A DNA stretch of 62,807 nucleotides, filler included, from Limisphaerales bacterium (lineage in GTDB: Bacteria; Verrucomicrobiota; Verrucomicrobiia; Limisphaerales; SIBE01): NCBI GenBank assembly GCA_044225505.1. It is 6 parts of 5 records of this genome, joined end to end, with 100 filler letters (N's around TTAATTAATTAA, not from the genome) between each part and the next. Parts side by side here need not be neighbours in the genome. Positions count along the whole stretch, not along the records: positions 18,918 to 28,618 come from JBGAIN010000245.1; positions 28,719 to 46,075 come from JBGAIN010000012.1; 4 more parts are not named here. The stretch is one strand, 5' to 3'. Every line of letters begins with the position of its first letter. Within the stretch, counting starts at the first letter, position 1. The notes beneath the pieces are model-generated. The model was not told where the DNA came from, did not search any database, and saw only the letters and a program-made list of their open reading frames with translations. The translations under genes were made by a program, and so were the position numbers. Positions 22,428 to 32,593 of the stretch are shown in pieces.

Positions 22428-24195
22428 TCAGAACGACCAGAACTTTGGGATGAGATAGACGGCTAACACACCAAATAGCAGGTTCAGCGGAACACCGACT
22501 TTGACAAAGTCAATAAACCGGTATCCACCCGCGCCGTAGACCATGGTGTTCGTCTGATATCCGACTGGGGTCGCGAAGCTGGAGGACGCGGCAATTGTCA
22601 CGGCAATCAAAAAGGGCTTGGGATTAGCCCCCAATTCATGAGCCAGCGAGATTGCAATCGGCGCAAGGAGCACGGCCGAAGCGTTGTTGCTCATGAACTC
22701 TGTAAGGACAGTCGTCAGAAGATAAACAACGGCAAGAGCGGCAAGCGGTCCGGCATCCCCGATTCCTCGAAGTGTCTGTTCCGATATCCACTTGGCCGCG
22801 CCAGATTTTTCCAAGGCCGTGCCCAACGGCAAGAGTCCAGCCAACAACACAATGACGCGCCAATCTACGGCTTCATACGCTTCCTCAAGGCTGAGGCAGC
22901 GAGCTAGCGCCATTGCGACGCAGCCTGCGATCGCGGTCACCACGATTGGAAACACGTTTAACGCTGCAACCGCCACCACGGCCGTTAAAATGAGCAAGGC
23001 GGCCAGGGCACGCTTGCGCCGTGGAGCCGGAGGCTGTACTTCGCTAAGAATGATGACATTTTCGTTCTGACGAAGCCGCTGGATGTCACTCCGCTTACCC
23101 AAAAGGAGCATGGCATCGGCAAAACGCAACCGCACCGCGGCCAGTTTTGAGGTGATGAATCGCCCCCGCCGCTGCATCGCCAGCACCAGTGCATTGAATC
23201 GTGCCCGAAAATCCAATTCTGCCAACGTGCGACCGATCCAGCGGGACCGGGGCGCCACCAATGCTTCGACGAGAACGGAATCAGCGTCTTCGAGAGTCGC
23301 ATCGCGAAGCCTGAATTCCGGTTCGATTTCGAAATGGGTCTGAGCTCGCATTTCCATTAGTTTTCGGACGGGACCTCGAATCAAGAGAATGTCGTCGGCG
23401 TGAAGAGGCTCCTGGAGTGGGTAATGACTTTTGGCTTTTCCCCGGAGGAGTTCAAGGACGGTAATGTCGTACTGATCGGCGAGTCCTGCGGCCAATACGC
23501 TTTTGCCAACGAAAGGCGAATTGGGCATGATACGTATCTCTGTCACGTAATCCCCCAAATGATAGACCTCCGTGAGTTCCTCCGGGCGCCGCGCAGGCAG
23601 TAGCCGACGCCCCACGAACAGCAGGTACGCCGAGCCTGCAACAAACATGATCCGACCCACGCCTGTGAGTTCAAACATGGAAAAAGCGCCGACGCCCGCT
23701 CGCTCGGCAATGGCGCTTACCAGCAGGTTTGTCGATGTCCCAATAAGGGTGCATACTCCGCCAAACTGAGAAGCATAGGACAAGGGAATGAGGAGCTTCG
23801 AAGCGGAAATTCTTCGTTCGTCCGCCACTCTCAGAACTACCGGAAGGAGGACGGCGACAGCTGCCGTGTTGTTGATAAACGCCGAAATAAACCCAACGCT
23901 TACCAGTAAGAGAACCAGTAGGCCGGTCACGTTCTTCCCCCACATCGACAGCCAGCGGCTGGCGGCGTTAACAGCACCTGTTTTCGCAAGCCGGCACTCA
24001 GCAAAAACATCGCTGCGACGGTCACCGTGGCGGGATTACTCAATCCGGAGATGCCCTCTTCGGGGTGACTATGCCGAAAAGGAGCAGTGTCGAAAGCACC
24101 ATCAACGCAACTAGATCGAGCGGCAGAAACTCCGTTACGAACAAACCAACCGCGCCAGCGACGATGGCGAAAACAAGTGCGATCTCCAGTGTCAT
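22428..24195 (-). pseudogene. SLC13/DASS family permease with TrkA-C domains, two 5' frameshifts
   Basis: SAFINNTAAV, GGVCTLIGTSTNLL, two TrkA_C repeats, TEFMSNNA, TPVGYQTN. The N-terminus MTLEIALVF... (ATG 24195) and EEGISGLSNPAT..AAMF lie in shifted frames. Confidence 0.8.
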
Positions 24196-24218
24196 GCGCC
24201 TCTGGTCTGCTCGCAGGA

Positions 24219-24704
24219 CTACTTTCGGGCGCTATGAAGCGAGTCAATGTAGGCGAGCCACCGTTTACCCACGAGGACGCGAGATCTGATCTGCAAAGGG
24301 TTGGGCGGTTTGATGAGGTAATCGTCGACACCGGCGGCGAGACCCTGCTTAATCTCATCCAAGCGCTTCATCGTGCTGAGCATGACGACGTAGACATAAG
24401 GGAGGAGAAAGTCCTTGCGGATCCCGCGGCACAAGTCCAGGCCAGTAAAGCCGTCAGGAAACTGACGCTCTGTGATAACGAAGCGCGTCGGACGTATCGA
24501 AAATGATTCCCAGAGCGCGGTTGCCGACGGAAAGACCGACACATCGAATCTGTCGAGAACGAGCGTATCCTCCAGGCGCGAACGCTCGTCCTTATTCCGA
24601 ACCGCCAGATAGATGCCCCGTTTGGCCGGCGCGGGCCTTTCTTCTGTCTGCTGAGAATCGTCGCTTGTCATAAGAAGTCTGGGCTCGAGTTTCTTATGAG
24701 CCAA
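24219..24704 (-). CDS. Stand-alone receiver (REC) domain protein, atypical
   Basis: FVITERQFPDGFTGLDLCR.IR...YVVMLS...GLAAGVDDYLIKP. Glu occupies the usual phospho-Asp position. Confidence 0.8.
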   Translation of the reverse strand: MAHKKLEPRLLMTSDDSQQTEERPAPAKRGIYLAVRNKDERSRLEDTLVLDRFDVSVFPSATALWESFSIRPTRFVITERQFPDGFTGLDLCRGIRKDFLLPYVYVVMLSTMKRLDEIKQGLAAGVDDYLIKPPNPLQIRSRVLVGKRWLAYIDSLHSARK

Positions 24705-24809
24705 CGATGAGCGCGAGAAAAGCTTATTGTGACCTCTTCTTGCGAGCGGTTAGCAATCAGGGAACGATTGGCGCAGCAAGGAGGGACCTGAGCTTGAGGG
24801 AGAGCGGCG

Positions 24810-25193
24810 CTATTCTCTGTTCCTGAACTTGAACGCCTCCGCAAAACTCCTGATTGCAGACGGTGGTCCGGAATAGATCAATTCAATGACTCGGTGCCTG
24901 CTCGTTTTGTAGATCGCCGCGAGATCGGCAACAATCTGGCCTTGTTGATGATTTGACGGCTGGTAGCGGTAAAGCCCGGTTTGAGCTGATTTGGACAACA
25001 CACCCAGACGAACAAAGCCCTCAAGCCAGCGAGACACCATTTCCGGATTTGAACGGATGATGGCATCAATGGCAACGACGGACCACTCACGATCTGGAAG
25101 CGAGTTCACCAGCAGCAACACTTCGAGTTGATCCAGGGATCGAATGTGGTTTGAGATGAACCGAAGGACCGTGCCCGGAACATCACAGTCCAT
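24810..25193 (-). CDS. Conserved hypothetical protein (winged-helix-like)
   Basis: FI..HIRSLDQLEVLLL....REWS...YRYQP...LAAIY...R.RVIELIY..P...IRSFAEAFKFR matches a pattern recalled from a common uncharacterised family. Confidence 0.7.
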   Translation of the reverse strand: MDCDVPGTVLRFISNHIRSLDQLEVLLLVNSLPDREWSVVAIDAIIRSNPEMVSRWLEGFVRLGVLSKSAQTGLYRYQPSNHQQGQIVADLAAIYKTSRHRVIELIYSGPPSAIRSFAEAFKFRNRE

Positions 25194-25410
25194 TACTCGG
25201 GATCAGGCTGAGACGGACAAAAATAATTTGCTTTCACCCTGACAATCTAGCAGTCGCTCCCATGCAATCCCACTGGGGCACACGCTAATGATCGGCCAGC
25301 GGAAAGACTACCCGCTTCCTCTCGATCACGTTATTCCTCGCCGGTAACCTTTCTTGGCGCTCTCCCATCCCGAGTCACCGTCTTTCGATCCTCTCCCTTT
25401 GGACAAGCAG

Positions 25411-26142
25411 CTACTTTCCTTTCTGAACCGGATCCCGACGCAGATCGGGAGAATTCAGCTTTTGACCGAGCACAATCTCAACCGGGATCCACATATGCTT
25501 CTTCAAGGTCTTCTCGATTTTGAAACCGGCATTTTCCAACGCATGGCGCACGAAAATGGGTCGGCAGTCGAGGAAGTTGGGAAAATGCTGATGTCCCCAC
25601 TCAAACACTCGAATCAGGGGCTCGCCACGCCCGTCCTTGGACATGCCAATGACGACGATGCGCCCACCAGTCCGAAGCACACGACGGCACTCACTCAGCA
25701 CGAGTGGGATTTCTGGCGTGTCGAATAGTTCCAGGGTAAAACTCATGAAAATCGCATCAATGCTTTCGGTTCGATAGGGCAACTGGGCTGCGTCTCCGCA
25801 GCGAAGTCGGGTCCGGCTGACCATTTTCGTCTGGGCAAGCCGTGCCTTGGAGAGCTTGAGCATCTTGTCCGATAGATCGAGGCCAAAGACCCGTCCTTCA
25901 GGACCGACAGCTTTGGCAAGTGGCACTAAACATTGCCCCGTGGCAAATCCGATCTCCAAGACGATTTCGCCGGAACGGGCCTTCAGCAGTTCCAGCCCGC
26001 ATTTACGCATTGGCGCTTCGCTGCGATCAGACAAAAGATCGTAAACTTGGCTGATCTTGTTGTAAAAGGATCGAGTCTGCTCTTTGGATTGGAAGACCCG
26101 CAGAACATCTGGGGAGCCGCCCGAAATGGAGACGGATTTCAT
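25411..26142 (-). CDS. Class I SAM-dependent methyltransferase (UbiE/COQ5-like)
   Basis: VLEIGFATG, GLDLSDKML, GDAAQLPY, RVLRTGGRIV. Confidence 0.88.
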   Translation of the reverse strand: MKSVSISGGSPDVLRVFQSKEQTRSFYNKISQVYDLLSDRSEAPMRKCGLELLKARSGEIVLEIGFATGQCLVPLAKAVGPEGRVFGLDLSDKMLKLSKARLAQTKMVSRTRLRCGDAAQLPYRTESIDAIFMSFTLELFDTPEIPLVLSECRRVLRTGGRIVVIGMSKDGRGEPLIRVFEWGHQHFPNFLDCRPIFVRHALENAGFKIEKTLKKHMWIPVEIVLGQKLNSPDLRRDPVQKGK

Positions 26143-26179
26143 CAATTTACTGATAGTGGGATTTGAGTAGGAACGATTC

Positions 26180-26410
26180 ATATCCTGGGCGCAGCGGCGT
26201 TGAGGCCTTCACAGCGCTCAAGACCGAGATGGCGGGGGTAATCGTCCCATCGCCATACAAGAGTGCAGTCCAACCAGACCAAGCTCCGTCATCGGCCCGA
26301 ACCAGCGTGCTCCTCGAGCGTTCCCTTCGGGAAAGTCCAAAGCCAAAAGAGCGAGGATCCCCCCTTCGCCCTCGATATCGGCGCGCATCACCAAGGCAAC
26401 TTGGAGCTGG
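26180..26410 (-). pseudogene. kup: KUP/HAK/KT potassium transporter fragment
   Basis: VMRADIEGEGGILALLA and ALLYGDGTITPAISVLSAV(E)GL signature motifs, split by 1-bp deletions. The rest of the gene is absent. Confidence 0.8.
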
Positions 26411-26800
26411 CTGCAAAGGGTCGGCTAGTTTCATTTCAGTTCCTGACTATAAAGACAAAACTCCGGCCATTTTCAATCGTAATGGAGCGGGAAGGTGAGA
26501 GGCTCGGTCAGGTTAATTTAAGGACCGCCATTATGACAATCCGTCCAGGTGAAACCAGGATCAAGTTTTCCGCCAGAGTGCTTGAATGGCTCGCCTTCAG
26601 CAGAAAGTTGCAGCAGTTCTCTGCCGGATCTCCGTGCCAAGATCGTATGGCAGGCTTCACAGTCATTCGCCTTGATGGCCTGTAGTCAATCATCGGTTTT
26701 GTGATTGTTATCCTGACAGCGGAACCAGCGCGGCATATCCATGTGCCCAATGTTGTCAGGGTAGTCACGCCAGCTGGCTTTCATGGTCGAAAAGACATTA

Positions 26801-27073
26801 TCAGCAGAGATCCTTTGCTCCGTTGAAATCGCCTGACGCAAGGGTGGGCGATGACGAACTCAAGCGCCTTCGAATAGCCAGCAACCCCAACATCGCTCTC
26901 GCAATCAGAATGATCGCACACCGCTGTTTTGTTCCGCGTGCTCGCCGGTCGAGGCCAAGTCGCGCCCGAAAATTGGCGTATTTTGTCCGCAGCAGGATTC
27001 GGTGAAGTTCAGCCTCTGCCACGAGAAACCTCTTATGTTCCTCAAAGGGCATTGATGATCGCGTCGCAGGCAT
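26801..27073 (-). CDS. YqjK-like small protein (possibly degenerate)
   Basis: KRFLVAEAELHRILLR pattern; third gene of a DUF883-YqjE-YqjK trio. Confidence 0.5.
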   Translation of the reverse strand: MPATRSSMPFEEHKRFLVAEAELHRILLRTKYANFRARLGLDRRARGTKQRCAIILIARAMLGLLAIRRRLSSSSPTLASGDFNGAKDLC

Positions 27074-27444
27074 TCGCCATCCTTTCTGAACTCGGCGATT
27101 GTTTCTTTGAAAGCAGTTGGACCATTCCGAATCCGGTGGCGAATACTCCACAAAAGACCAGCAGCGGCCGCAATCAGAGCCGCCAACGCTAGTCCGATCA
27201 AACCCAGGTACCTCGCGATTTCCCATAGGCAGATGGACAGCGCACCAGTCGCGACAAGTACACCAACCGCCCCCAGAACGAGTACGAGTTCCACCCGGAC
27301 GAGGACTCCCACCGCACTTAACTTCTCTTCCTTCAATTCGATCGTGAACAACTCCAAGCGCGTCTCGACAAGCGTAAGCAAGGAGTTGCCGGCACGCCTC
27401 AGCGAGTTCCTGACTCCCCTCGACTTGGATGGAGCGCCGTTCAC
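26905..27444 (-). CDS. YqjE / phage-holin_3_6 family membrane protein
   Basis: ETRLELFTIELKEEK, two TM helices, F.ETIAEFRKD.ECL. The frame reads about 50 codons past the usual end. Confidence 0.8.
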   Translation of the reverse strand: MNGAPSKSRGVRNSLRRAGNSLLTLVETRLELFTIELKEEKLSAVGVLVRVELVLVLGAVGVLVATGALSICLWEIARYLGLIGLALAALIAAAAGLLWSIRHRIRNGPTAFKETIAEFRKDGECLRRDHQCPLRNIRGFSWQRLNFTESCCGQNTPIFGRDLASTGEHAEQNSGVRSF

Positions 27445-27449
27445 CGGCT

Positions 27450-27785
27450 TTAGCGAGGGACGACTAGCAAGCCCAACAGAAGGCCCAAGCCGAGCGCAAC
27501 GCCCAGTGATTCGTACGGACGCTTCCGAATCAAGTTGTCGGTCCTTCGCGCCGCTTCCTTCGCACGGGCCGTGGCGCGGGCCTGCATCGTGGCGCAGGTC
27601 TCCCTGGCACGTTCTACTGCCGACGTCAATCTCGTGCGCAATTCCTTGCTCTTTTCGCAGGCGTCATGTGCAGTCGCCTTCAATAGGTCTTCCGCGTCAT
27701 TTGCGAGCGCCTGCAAGTCGGCGAAGACTCTCTCGCGTGCCAAGGTGCCATGCTGTTCCTCGATTTTGTCGAAATAGGTTTCCAT
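27450..27785 (-). CDS. DUF883 (ElaB/YqjD/YgaM) tail-anchored membrane protein
   Basis: DLQALANDAEDLLKATA...IRKRPYESLGVALGLGLLLGLLV. Confidence 0.9.
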   Translation of the reverse strand: METYFDKIEEQHGTLARERVFADLQALANDAEDLLKATAHDACEKSKELRTRLTSAVERARETCATMQARATARAKEAARRTDNLIRKRPYESLGVALGLGLLLGLLVVPR

Positions 27786-27944
27786 CTGATTCCTTTCCCG
27801 TGGATCAGACCACGTCACCTGTCTTGATCGCTGTCAGTATTATGGTACGCCAAAGTTTGGAGGATTGAAATTTAGTGCTCTACCAGGTGCGCCTCAGTCA
27901 AAGGCTAAGATGGGTGGAAGTGCCGAATGAATCCAATGCTTCAT

Positions 27945-28433
27945 TCATTTCACTTGAAGCGCTTTTCGAGTTACAACATAGATCTGGGTCAAACGCTCCG
28001 CGGCGGCGGGATCGGCGCGTGCAAGCAGCGTGATGATTTCATCTCGCTGCCCAAGCAATGGAGCAAGCTGTTCGCTCTGTGCGTTGCTCAAATCTGCCGT
28101 CGCCGGAACATTTATCTCTTGTTGTATGGCCTGGAAGAACTCGCTCGCCGACCAGCGGGCCGATTCGTATTGTCCGAGGCGCGAGTCAATTACTGCGGCG
28201 GCGATTAGCCTCTCGAGTTCGTCCCGGCGTAATGCACGCTGGGAGATTTGGAGCTCGCGGCGGGACTCATCCCGCTGCACAGCGTACTGGCGGGCGCGCA
28301 GCCACATCGGTATGAGACCCACGAGAAAGGCAACCACCAGAACGATCACTCCCAAAACAACCAAATGCCTGCCCGTAAAGAACCGACTATGGGGCTCAAC
28401 TCCTGGCCCGTTTTCAGTCGCCTCATCATTCAT
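27945..28433 (-). CDS. Hypothetical single-TM coiled-coil protein
   Basis: 162-aa ORF with TM LVVLGVIVLVVAFLVGLIPMW and a helical C-terminus (RDEIITLLARADP). Confidence 0.7.
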   Translation of the reverse strand: MNDEATENGPGVEPHSRFFTGRHLVVLGVIVLVVAFLVGLIPMWLRARQYAVQRDESRRELQISQRALRRDELERLIAAAVIDSRLGQYESARWSASEFFQAIQQEINVPATADLSNAQSEQLAPLLGQRDEIITLLARADPAAAERLTQIYVVTRKALQVK

Positions 28434-28618
28434 GGTATATTGTGCGTGGTCTCAGGCGTGAAGGCAAGGGAGGCCTGAGTGCATCAGGGCAGCACCAGCG
28501 CGTATGCATGAAGGGTTCAGGAGAGTTTTGGGCGGCGGTTGGTGAGAAAGGCCAGGGCCTTAGCCAGATTGTCCTCGCCCATGGCAGCCTGGAAATCGGT
28601 GAACCAAAGGGCGCAGGG

Positions 28619-28718
28619 NNNNNNNNNNNNNNNNNNNNNNNNNNNNNNNNNNNNNNNNNNNNTTAATTAATTAANNNNNNNNNNNNNNNNNNNNNNNNNN
28701 NNNNNNNNNNNNNNNNNN
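28619..28718. other. Artificial contig linker
   Basis: N run with TTAATTAATTAA. Confidence 0.98.
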
Positions 28719-28720
28719 CG

Positions 28721-29797
28721 TCGCAGACTTTGGCCGACGTCCAGAGCAAAAGTCATTGTGAGGCTTGCCAGATTCGTTACGACGCTGAATTCGATCGATC
28801 GGTGGAACTGCAGTTCACGGTGAATGCATCCATTCGCGCCCAACGAAACGAAAGGTACTGTCTCGCCGGCCCCGGCGGCAAACCCCATATCGTCAGCCAA
28901 CTTTTCCTAGCCCCCAACGAGTCCCGCTCGTGGAAACTGCCTAATGCGACCGGAAGCTTGCGCCTCCGCTCACCCCAAGTGGAGCATCCTTGGATGCTAT
29001 CGAGCGAGGAATTGCGGCGGTTCACTTCCAGTTCTTTGATTTGCGAACCGCGAGCATTCCGGGTCGAACCTCAACCCGCGTCCGCGGGCGCGGGCACTCC
29101 GAGGCCTGGCGTGGTGGTCAACTCAATGCCCTATCCCGTGTTTCTGGTGCTTGAACATCTAGCCTGGAGCGAGGAGATATTGACCGCGGCGCGGGTGACG
29201 AACTGCCAAGACTTCCGAGACCTCTTCGCGAGAGAGGTCATCTCTCCATTGGAGCGAATCACCGTTGGACAGCAGGTCATTCTCTTCACAGATTTACGAG
29301 GCTCCACTGCTCTTTACAACGGCATTGGAGACGCCCCAGCCTACGTGTTGGTCCGAGAGCACTTCAACCTCCTCTTTGATGTCGTGCGGCGAAATCACGG
29401 TGCTGTGGTCAAGACGATCGGCGACGCAGTGATGGCGGTGTTTAGCCGTGTGGACGAAGCGCTCGCAGCCGTTCTGGAGATGCACCGAAAACTCTCGGCT
29501 GTTCCCTACGAAGCTTTGGGTGGAAAACCCCTTCATCTGAAATCGAGTCTTCATCTTGGCCCTTGTCTGGCCGTCAACGCCAACGACCGTTTGGATTACT
29601 TCGGAACCACCGTCAACCTGGCCGCAAGAATGATCAGCTGTTGCCAAGGGGGCGATCTGACGGTCTCACGAGACCTTTTTGAGCATCCCGAGACTCGCGC
29701 GTTTCTCCACTCCTTGGATATCAAGTCCGAGCCTTCGGAGGTCATCTTACGCGGCTTTGACATACCGCGCCAAGTTTGGCGCCTTCCACTCCTCTGA
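28721..29797 (+). CDS. Class III adenylate/guanylate cyclase with DUF5939-like domain (5' truncated)
   Basis: HCEAC.I.YDAEFDRSVEL.F...YC..GP...PH; LFTDLRGSTALY; VVKTIGDAVMA; DYFGTTVNLAAR. Confidence 0.9.
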   Translation, partial: SQTLADVQSKSHCEACQIRYDAEFDRSVELQFTVNASIRAQRNERYCLAGPGGKPHIVSQLFLAPNESRSWKLPNATGSLRLRSPQVEHPWMLSSEELRRFTSSSLICEPRAFRVEPQPASAGAGTPRPGVVVNSMPYPVFLVLEHLAWSEEILTAARVTNCQDFRDLFAREVISPLERITVGQQVILFTDLRGSTALYNGIGDAPAYVLVREHFNLLFDVVRRNHGAVVKTIGDAVMAVFSRVDEALAAVLEMHRKLSAVPYEALGGKPLHLKSSLHLGPCLAVNANDRLDYFGTTVNLAARMISCCQGGDLTVSRDLFEHPETRAFLHSLDIKSEPSEVILRGFDIPRQVWRLPLL

Positions 29798-29873
29798 AAA
29801 CGAGACAAGCCACCTGATTCACTCTCAAGGGGTCGCACGAGGGCGAGCGACTCCGGTCGTAGGCTTACCAACT

Positions 29874-31817
29874 CTAAAGCGATTTCAAACTGACCTGGTA
29901 AAATCGCGCTGGGCCGTCGACAGGCTCTGGATCGGTCACCTCTAGCCGGTTTGTTGCTGATATTTCCGTGAGGACCGGCACCCACACTCTCAGATCGGTC
30001 GATCGATGGATTACGACCTCCCGATTCTTCGGAACAGTGATCACAATTCGAACCAGCCCATTCGGCATAATCTGCAGAGATTCCAGACGAAGGGCGAGCG
30101 GAACGCTTCGTCCCGCGGGAGTTCCGTCCGGGAAGACTTCCACCAGGCCGTAGACCGCCCGGCCATTATATGAGATGAAGTTGCCGCCAATCACGATGTG
30201 ACCGTCGGATTTGAGCGCCAACGCATTCACGGACGGGTTCTCCAGTGAGAGCGTCCGAACATGACCCCACATGTCAGAATCGTATTCAATCAGTGTCTGA
30301 GGCGATTCTGAGCCCAAGGTCGTGGTGGCAGTCGCATCTTCCACGCCGTCTGCTCGCAATCGAGCTAGCAGACGGGGCCCCCCAACCCAAATAGCCCCAT
30401 CGTCCCCTTCCAAAACGGCGTGGACGGCGCGGTTCGACCAACGTTGGCGTGTCCAGGGTGAGTTCGCCTCAAAGGAGAAATCTTCGGATCCGTTCGGATC
30501 GAGCCGGATCACGGGAGATCCAGATGTTTTATCGGATAAGTCGGACTCTTCGACCACGAGGAGCTGGCCATTCCTCAGCAGCCTGATCAACCCGACATGA
30601 AACGGCACAATTCCGCCCCAACTGGCCACCTGGCTAAGACCAGCTCGAAAGTCGTTGTCTAAGCCACCGTCCTGCTCCAAGCGCAACAAGGTGTTGCTGT
30701 AGATGTCACGCAGAGTATTCCCGCGCCCGCTCATGAGAATTCGTCCGTCGAGTTGTACCCCGAGATCCGTGGCGAATCCACCGTCTTCCGGACGCGAGAG
30801 AAAACTGCCGTGGCTGAAATTGCGATCGACCGTGCCATCCGCGTTCAGACGGGCCACCCCGACACGGAGCACGCCATCCACTTCGGTAAAATGTCCGCCC
30901 ACCAAAATCTTGCCGTCTGGCAAAACAGCGACCGAGTCAACCACTGAAACCTCTCTAGAAGTATCGGCCGACATCGCGGGAACGAACGTCGGGGCAAAGG
31001 TCGGATCCAGAGCGCCGGTGGGTTTGAATCGAGCCAGATGCGCACGGGCGATCCCTTGAATATTGGAGAACGAACCAGTCATGAGAATGTCCCCATTCGG
31101 GGCGAGGAAGACCCGGCGGATTGTCGTTCCCGGAGACAATCTGGCGTCAAAACTCTCATCGATGGCCAGGTCTGATTCGAGACGAGCCACAGATCTCCGC
31201 GGCGAGCCGTGGATTGTCGTAAAACTGCCACCGACCAGGAGCTTGCCATCGGTTTGGGTCGCTAAGGTTCGGATTTCGCCATCGACTCCCAGCCCCGGTT
31301 GGTTCGGAGCATCATTGTCGACGATCGACACGGTAACGGCCGAGTTCCTTCCCAATGCCGCTCCGCCCGTGGGATTCCCTAAAGCGACCTGAAAGGTCTC
31401 AGTGCTCTCGACTTTGGTATCGTCGACAATCTGAATCACCAAGCTCGCGGCCACGGCATTTGGATATTCAAAATAAAGCGTTCCATGATGAGCGAGATAA
31501 TCCTGCCCCTCCAAAGCGGTGCCGTCTTTCGTCGTATAGTCAACGCTTACCAAGCCAGGGTTAGTGCCTGACCGACTCGCTTGTAAAACGACGAATCGAC
31601 CGAGCTCTCCAATTCGATAGGCCGCAGCGTTAAACTCAATTTGGACTGGAGATTCAGCCAAAGCCCCGGTCAGCCGCGGCTGGCTCGCATCCACCACGGT
31701 TGACGCCCTACCCAACGTCTGGTCGGAGATCTTAGAATCGCCTGCCCTGGCGTCCACTGCTTGGAAACAGAGCGCGAGCGACCAAGTCCAAATCATCCAC
31801 CCACATCTCAGGAGCAT
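29874..31817 (-). CDS. Secreted Calx-beta + delta-60 repeat protein with Verrucomicrobia C-terminal domain
   Basis: Signal peptide; DGTALEGQDY...DDTKVESTETF; repeats Q.DGKLLVGG.F...VARL..DG..D..F; ends RSTDLRVW...RFYQV. Confidence 0.88.
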   Translation of the reverse strand: MLLRCGWMIWTWSLALCFQAVDARAGDSKISDQTLGRASTVVDASQPRLTGALAESPVQIEFNAAAYRIGELGRFVVLQASRSGTNPGLVSVDYTTKDGTALEGQDYLAHHGTLYFEYPNAVAASLVIQIVDDTKVESTETFQVALGNPTGGAALGRNSAVTVSIVDNDAPNQPGLGVDGEIRTLATQTDGKLLVGGSFTTIHGSPRRSVARLESDLAIDESFDARLSPGTTIRRVFLAPNGDILMTGSFSNIQGIARAHLARFKPTGALDPTFAPTFVPAMSADTSREVSVVDSVAVLPDGKILVGGHFTEVDGVLRVGVARLNADGTVDRNFSHGSFLSRPEDGGFATDLGVQLDGRILMSGRGNTLRDIYSNTLLRLEQDGGLDNDFRAGLSQVASWGGIVPFHVGLIRLLRNGQLLVVEESDLSDKTSGSPVIRLDPNGSEDFSFEANSPWTRQRWSNRAVHAVLEGDDGAIWVGGPRLLARLRADGVEDATATTTLGSESPQTLIEYDSDMWGHVRTLSLENPSVNALALKSDGHIVIGGNFISYNGRAVYGLVEVFPDGTPAGRSVPLALRLESLQIMPNGLVRIVITVPKNREVVIHRSTDLRVWVPVLTEISATNRLEVTDPEPVDGPARFYQVSLKSL

Positions 31818-31961
31818 ATAGAGTGAATCCTGCCGTTACTGCCGTCCAAGCACAAGCTTGGCCCTGCGTTAAGCTTGGTCTTGAACTGACGCCCCCCTCG
31901 GGGGTCCGACTCGGCCAACGAGCATTTCTCAAAACCGGCCGCGAACCTGCCCATCCCCAGT

Positions 31962-32213
31962 TCACTTCTTACGGAACAGGAACACAACAAATGACCAGAG
32001 CCCTGCAAAGCGAAACTTTGAGTCGACATATTTCTCGATGACGTAGAAGGCAAAGTAGTAAAATCGACAGAAGGACCACACGGAAAGAACCAATAAACCG
32101 GCGACCCTCCAGGTTGGACATTCCAGCCAAAGCAAAACGGCCGAACCAAACCCAAGCAGCAAGAACAGAAACCCTTTGGATTTAATGGCAGTCGCGCTCG
32201 TCAGATCCCTCAT
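31962..32213 (-). CDS. Small conserved membrane protein
   Basis: MRDLTS...IK.KGFLFLLLG...VWSFCRFYYFAFYVIEKYVD..FRFAGL.SF; hydrophobic. Confidence 0.75.
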   Translation of the reverse strand: MRDLTSATAIKSKGFLFLLLGFGSAVLLWLECPTWRVAGLLVLSVWSFCRFYYFAFYVIEKYVDSKFRFAGLWSFVVFLFRKK

Positions 32214-32593
32214 AGCTCTCAGCACCCTACCCTCCAACGCTGGCTGATGGCAAATCGCCATGCGCCCTGGCCGCCAACGCCGTCTACGCATACTTCCCAG
32301 TCGTTTTCGCACCCCACCCCTGAGTTCCCCGGGCAGTGAAGGCCGGTTGCTTATCGCAGCGCCCAGGAGACAGCGGGTCCGTAGTGCGTGAGCGTGACAT
32401 TCCGCAGCCGCGCGCTAAAAGCGACTGTCGCTCCAGATATGGCAGGTCAACTTGCCTTGACGCCCTTGTCCTGGATGAAAGAACAGGGCATGCTTCGGGC
32501 GTGCAGCAAGCAATCCGCCCAGAGCTCAACGTGCGCCGTGCCGCCGCCCCGTTCCACACCGCCCGTTCGGCCATCGTCGCTTCCCAACGACCA

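Noticed and set aside
28517..28618. 3' end of a minus-strand CDS at the contig edge (similarly 52958-53067)
   Set aside because: About 35 codons each with no identifiable motif; cannot be supported.
32300..32590. Moco riboswitch or ModE box upstream of modA
   Set aside because: Only short generic hairpins; no Moco-RNA or ModE consensus recognised.
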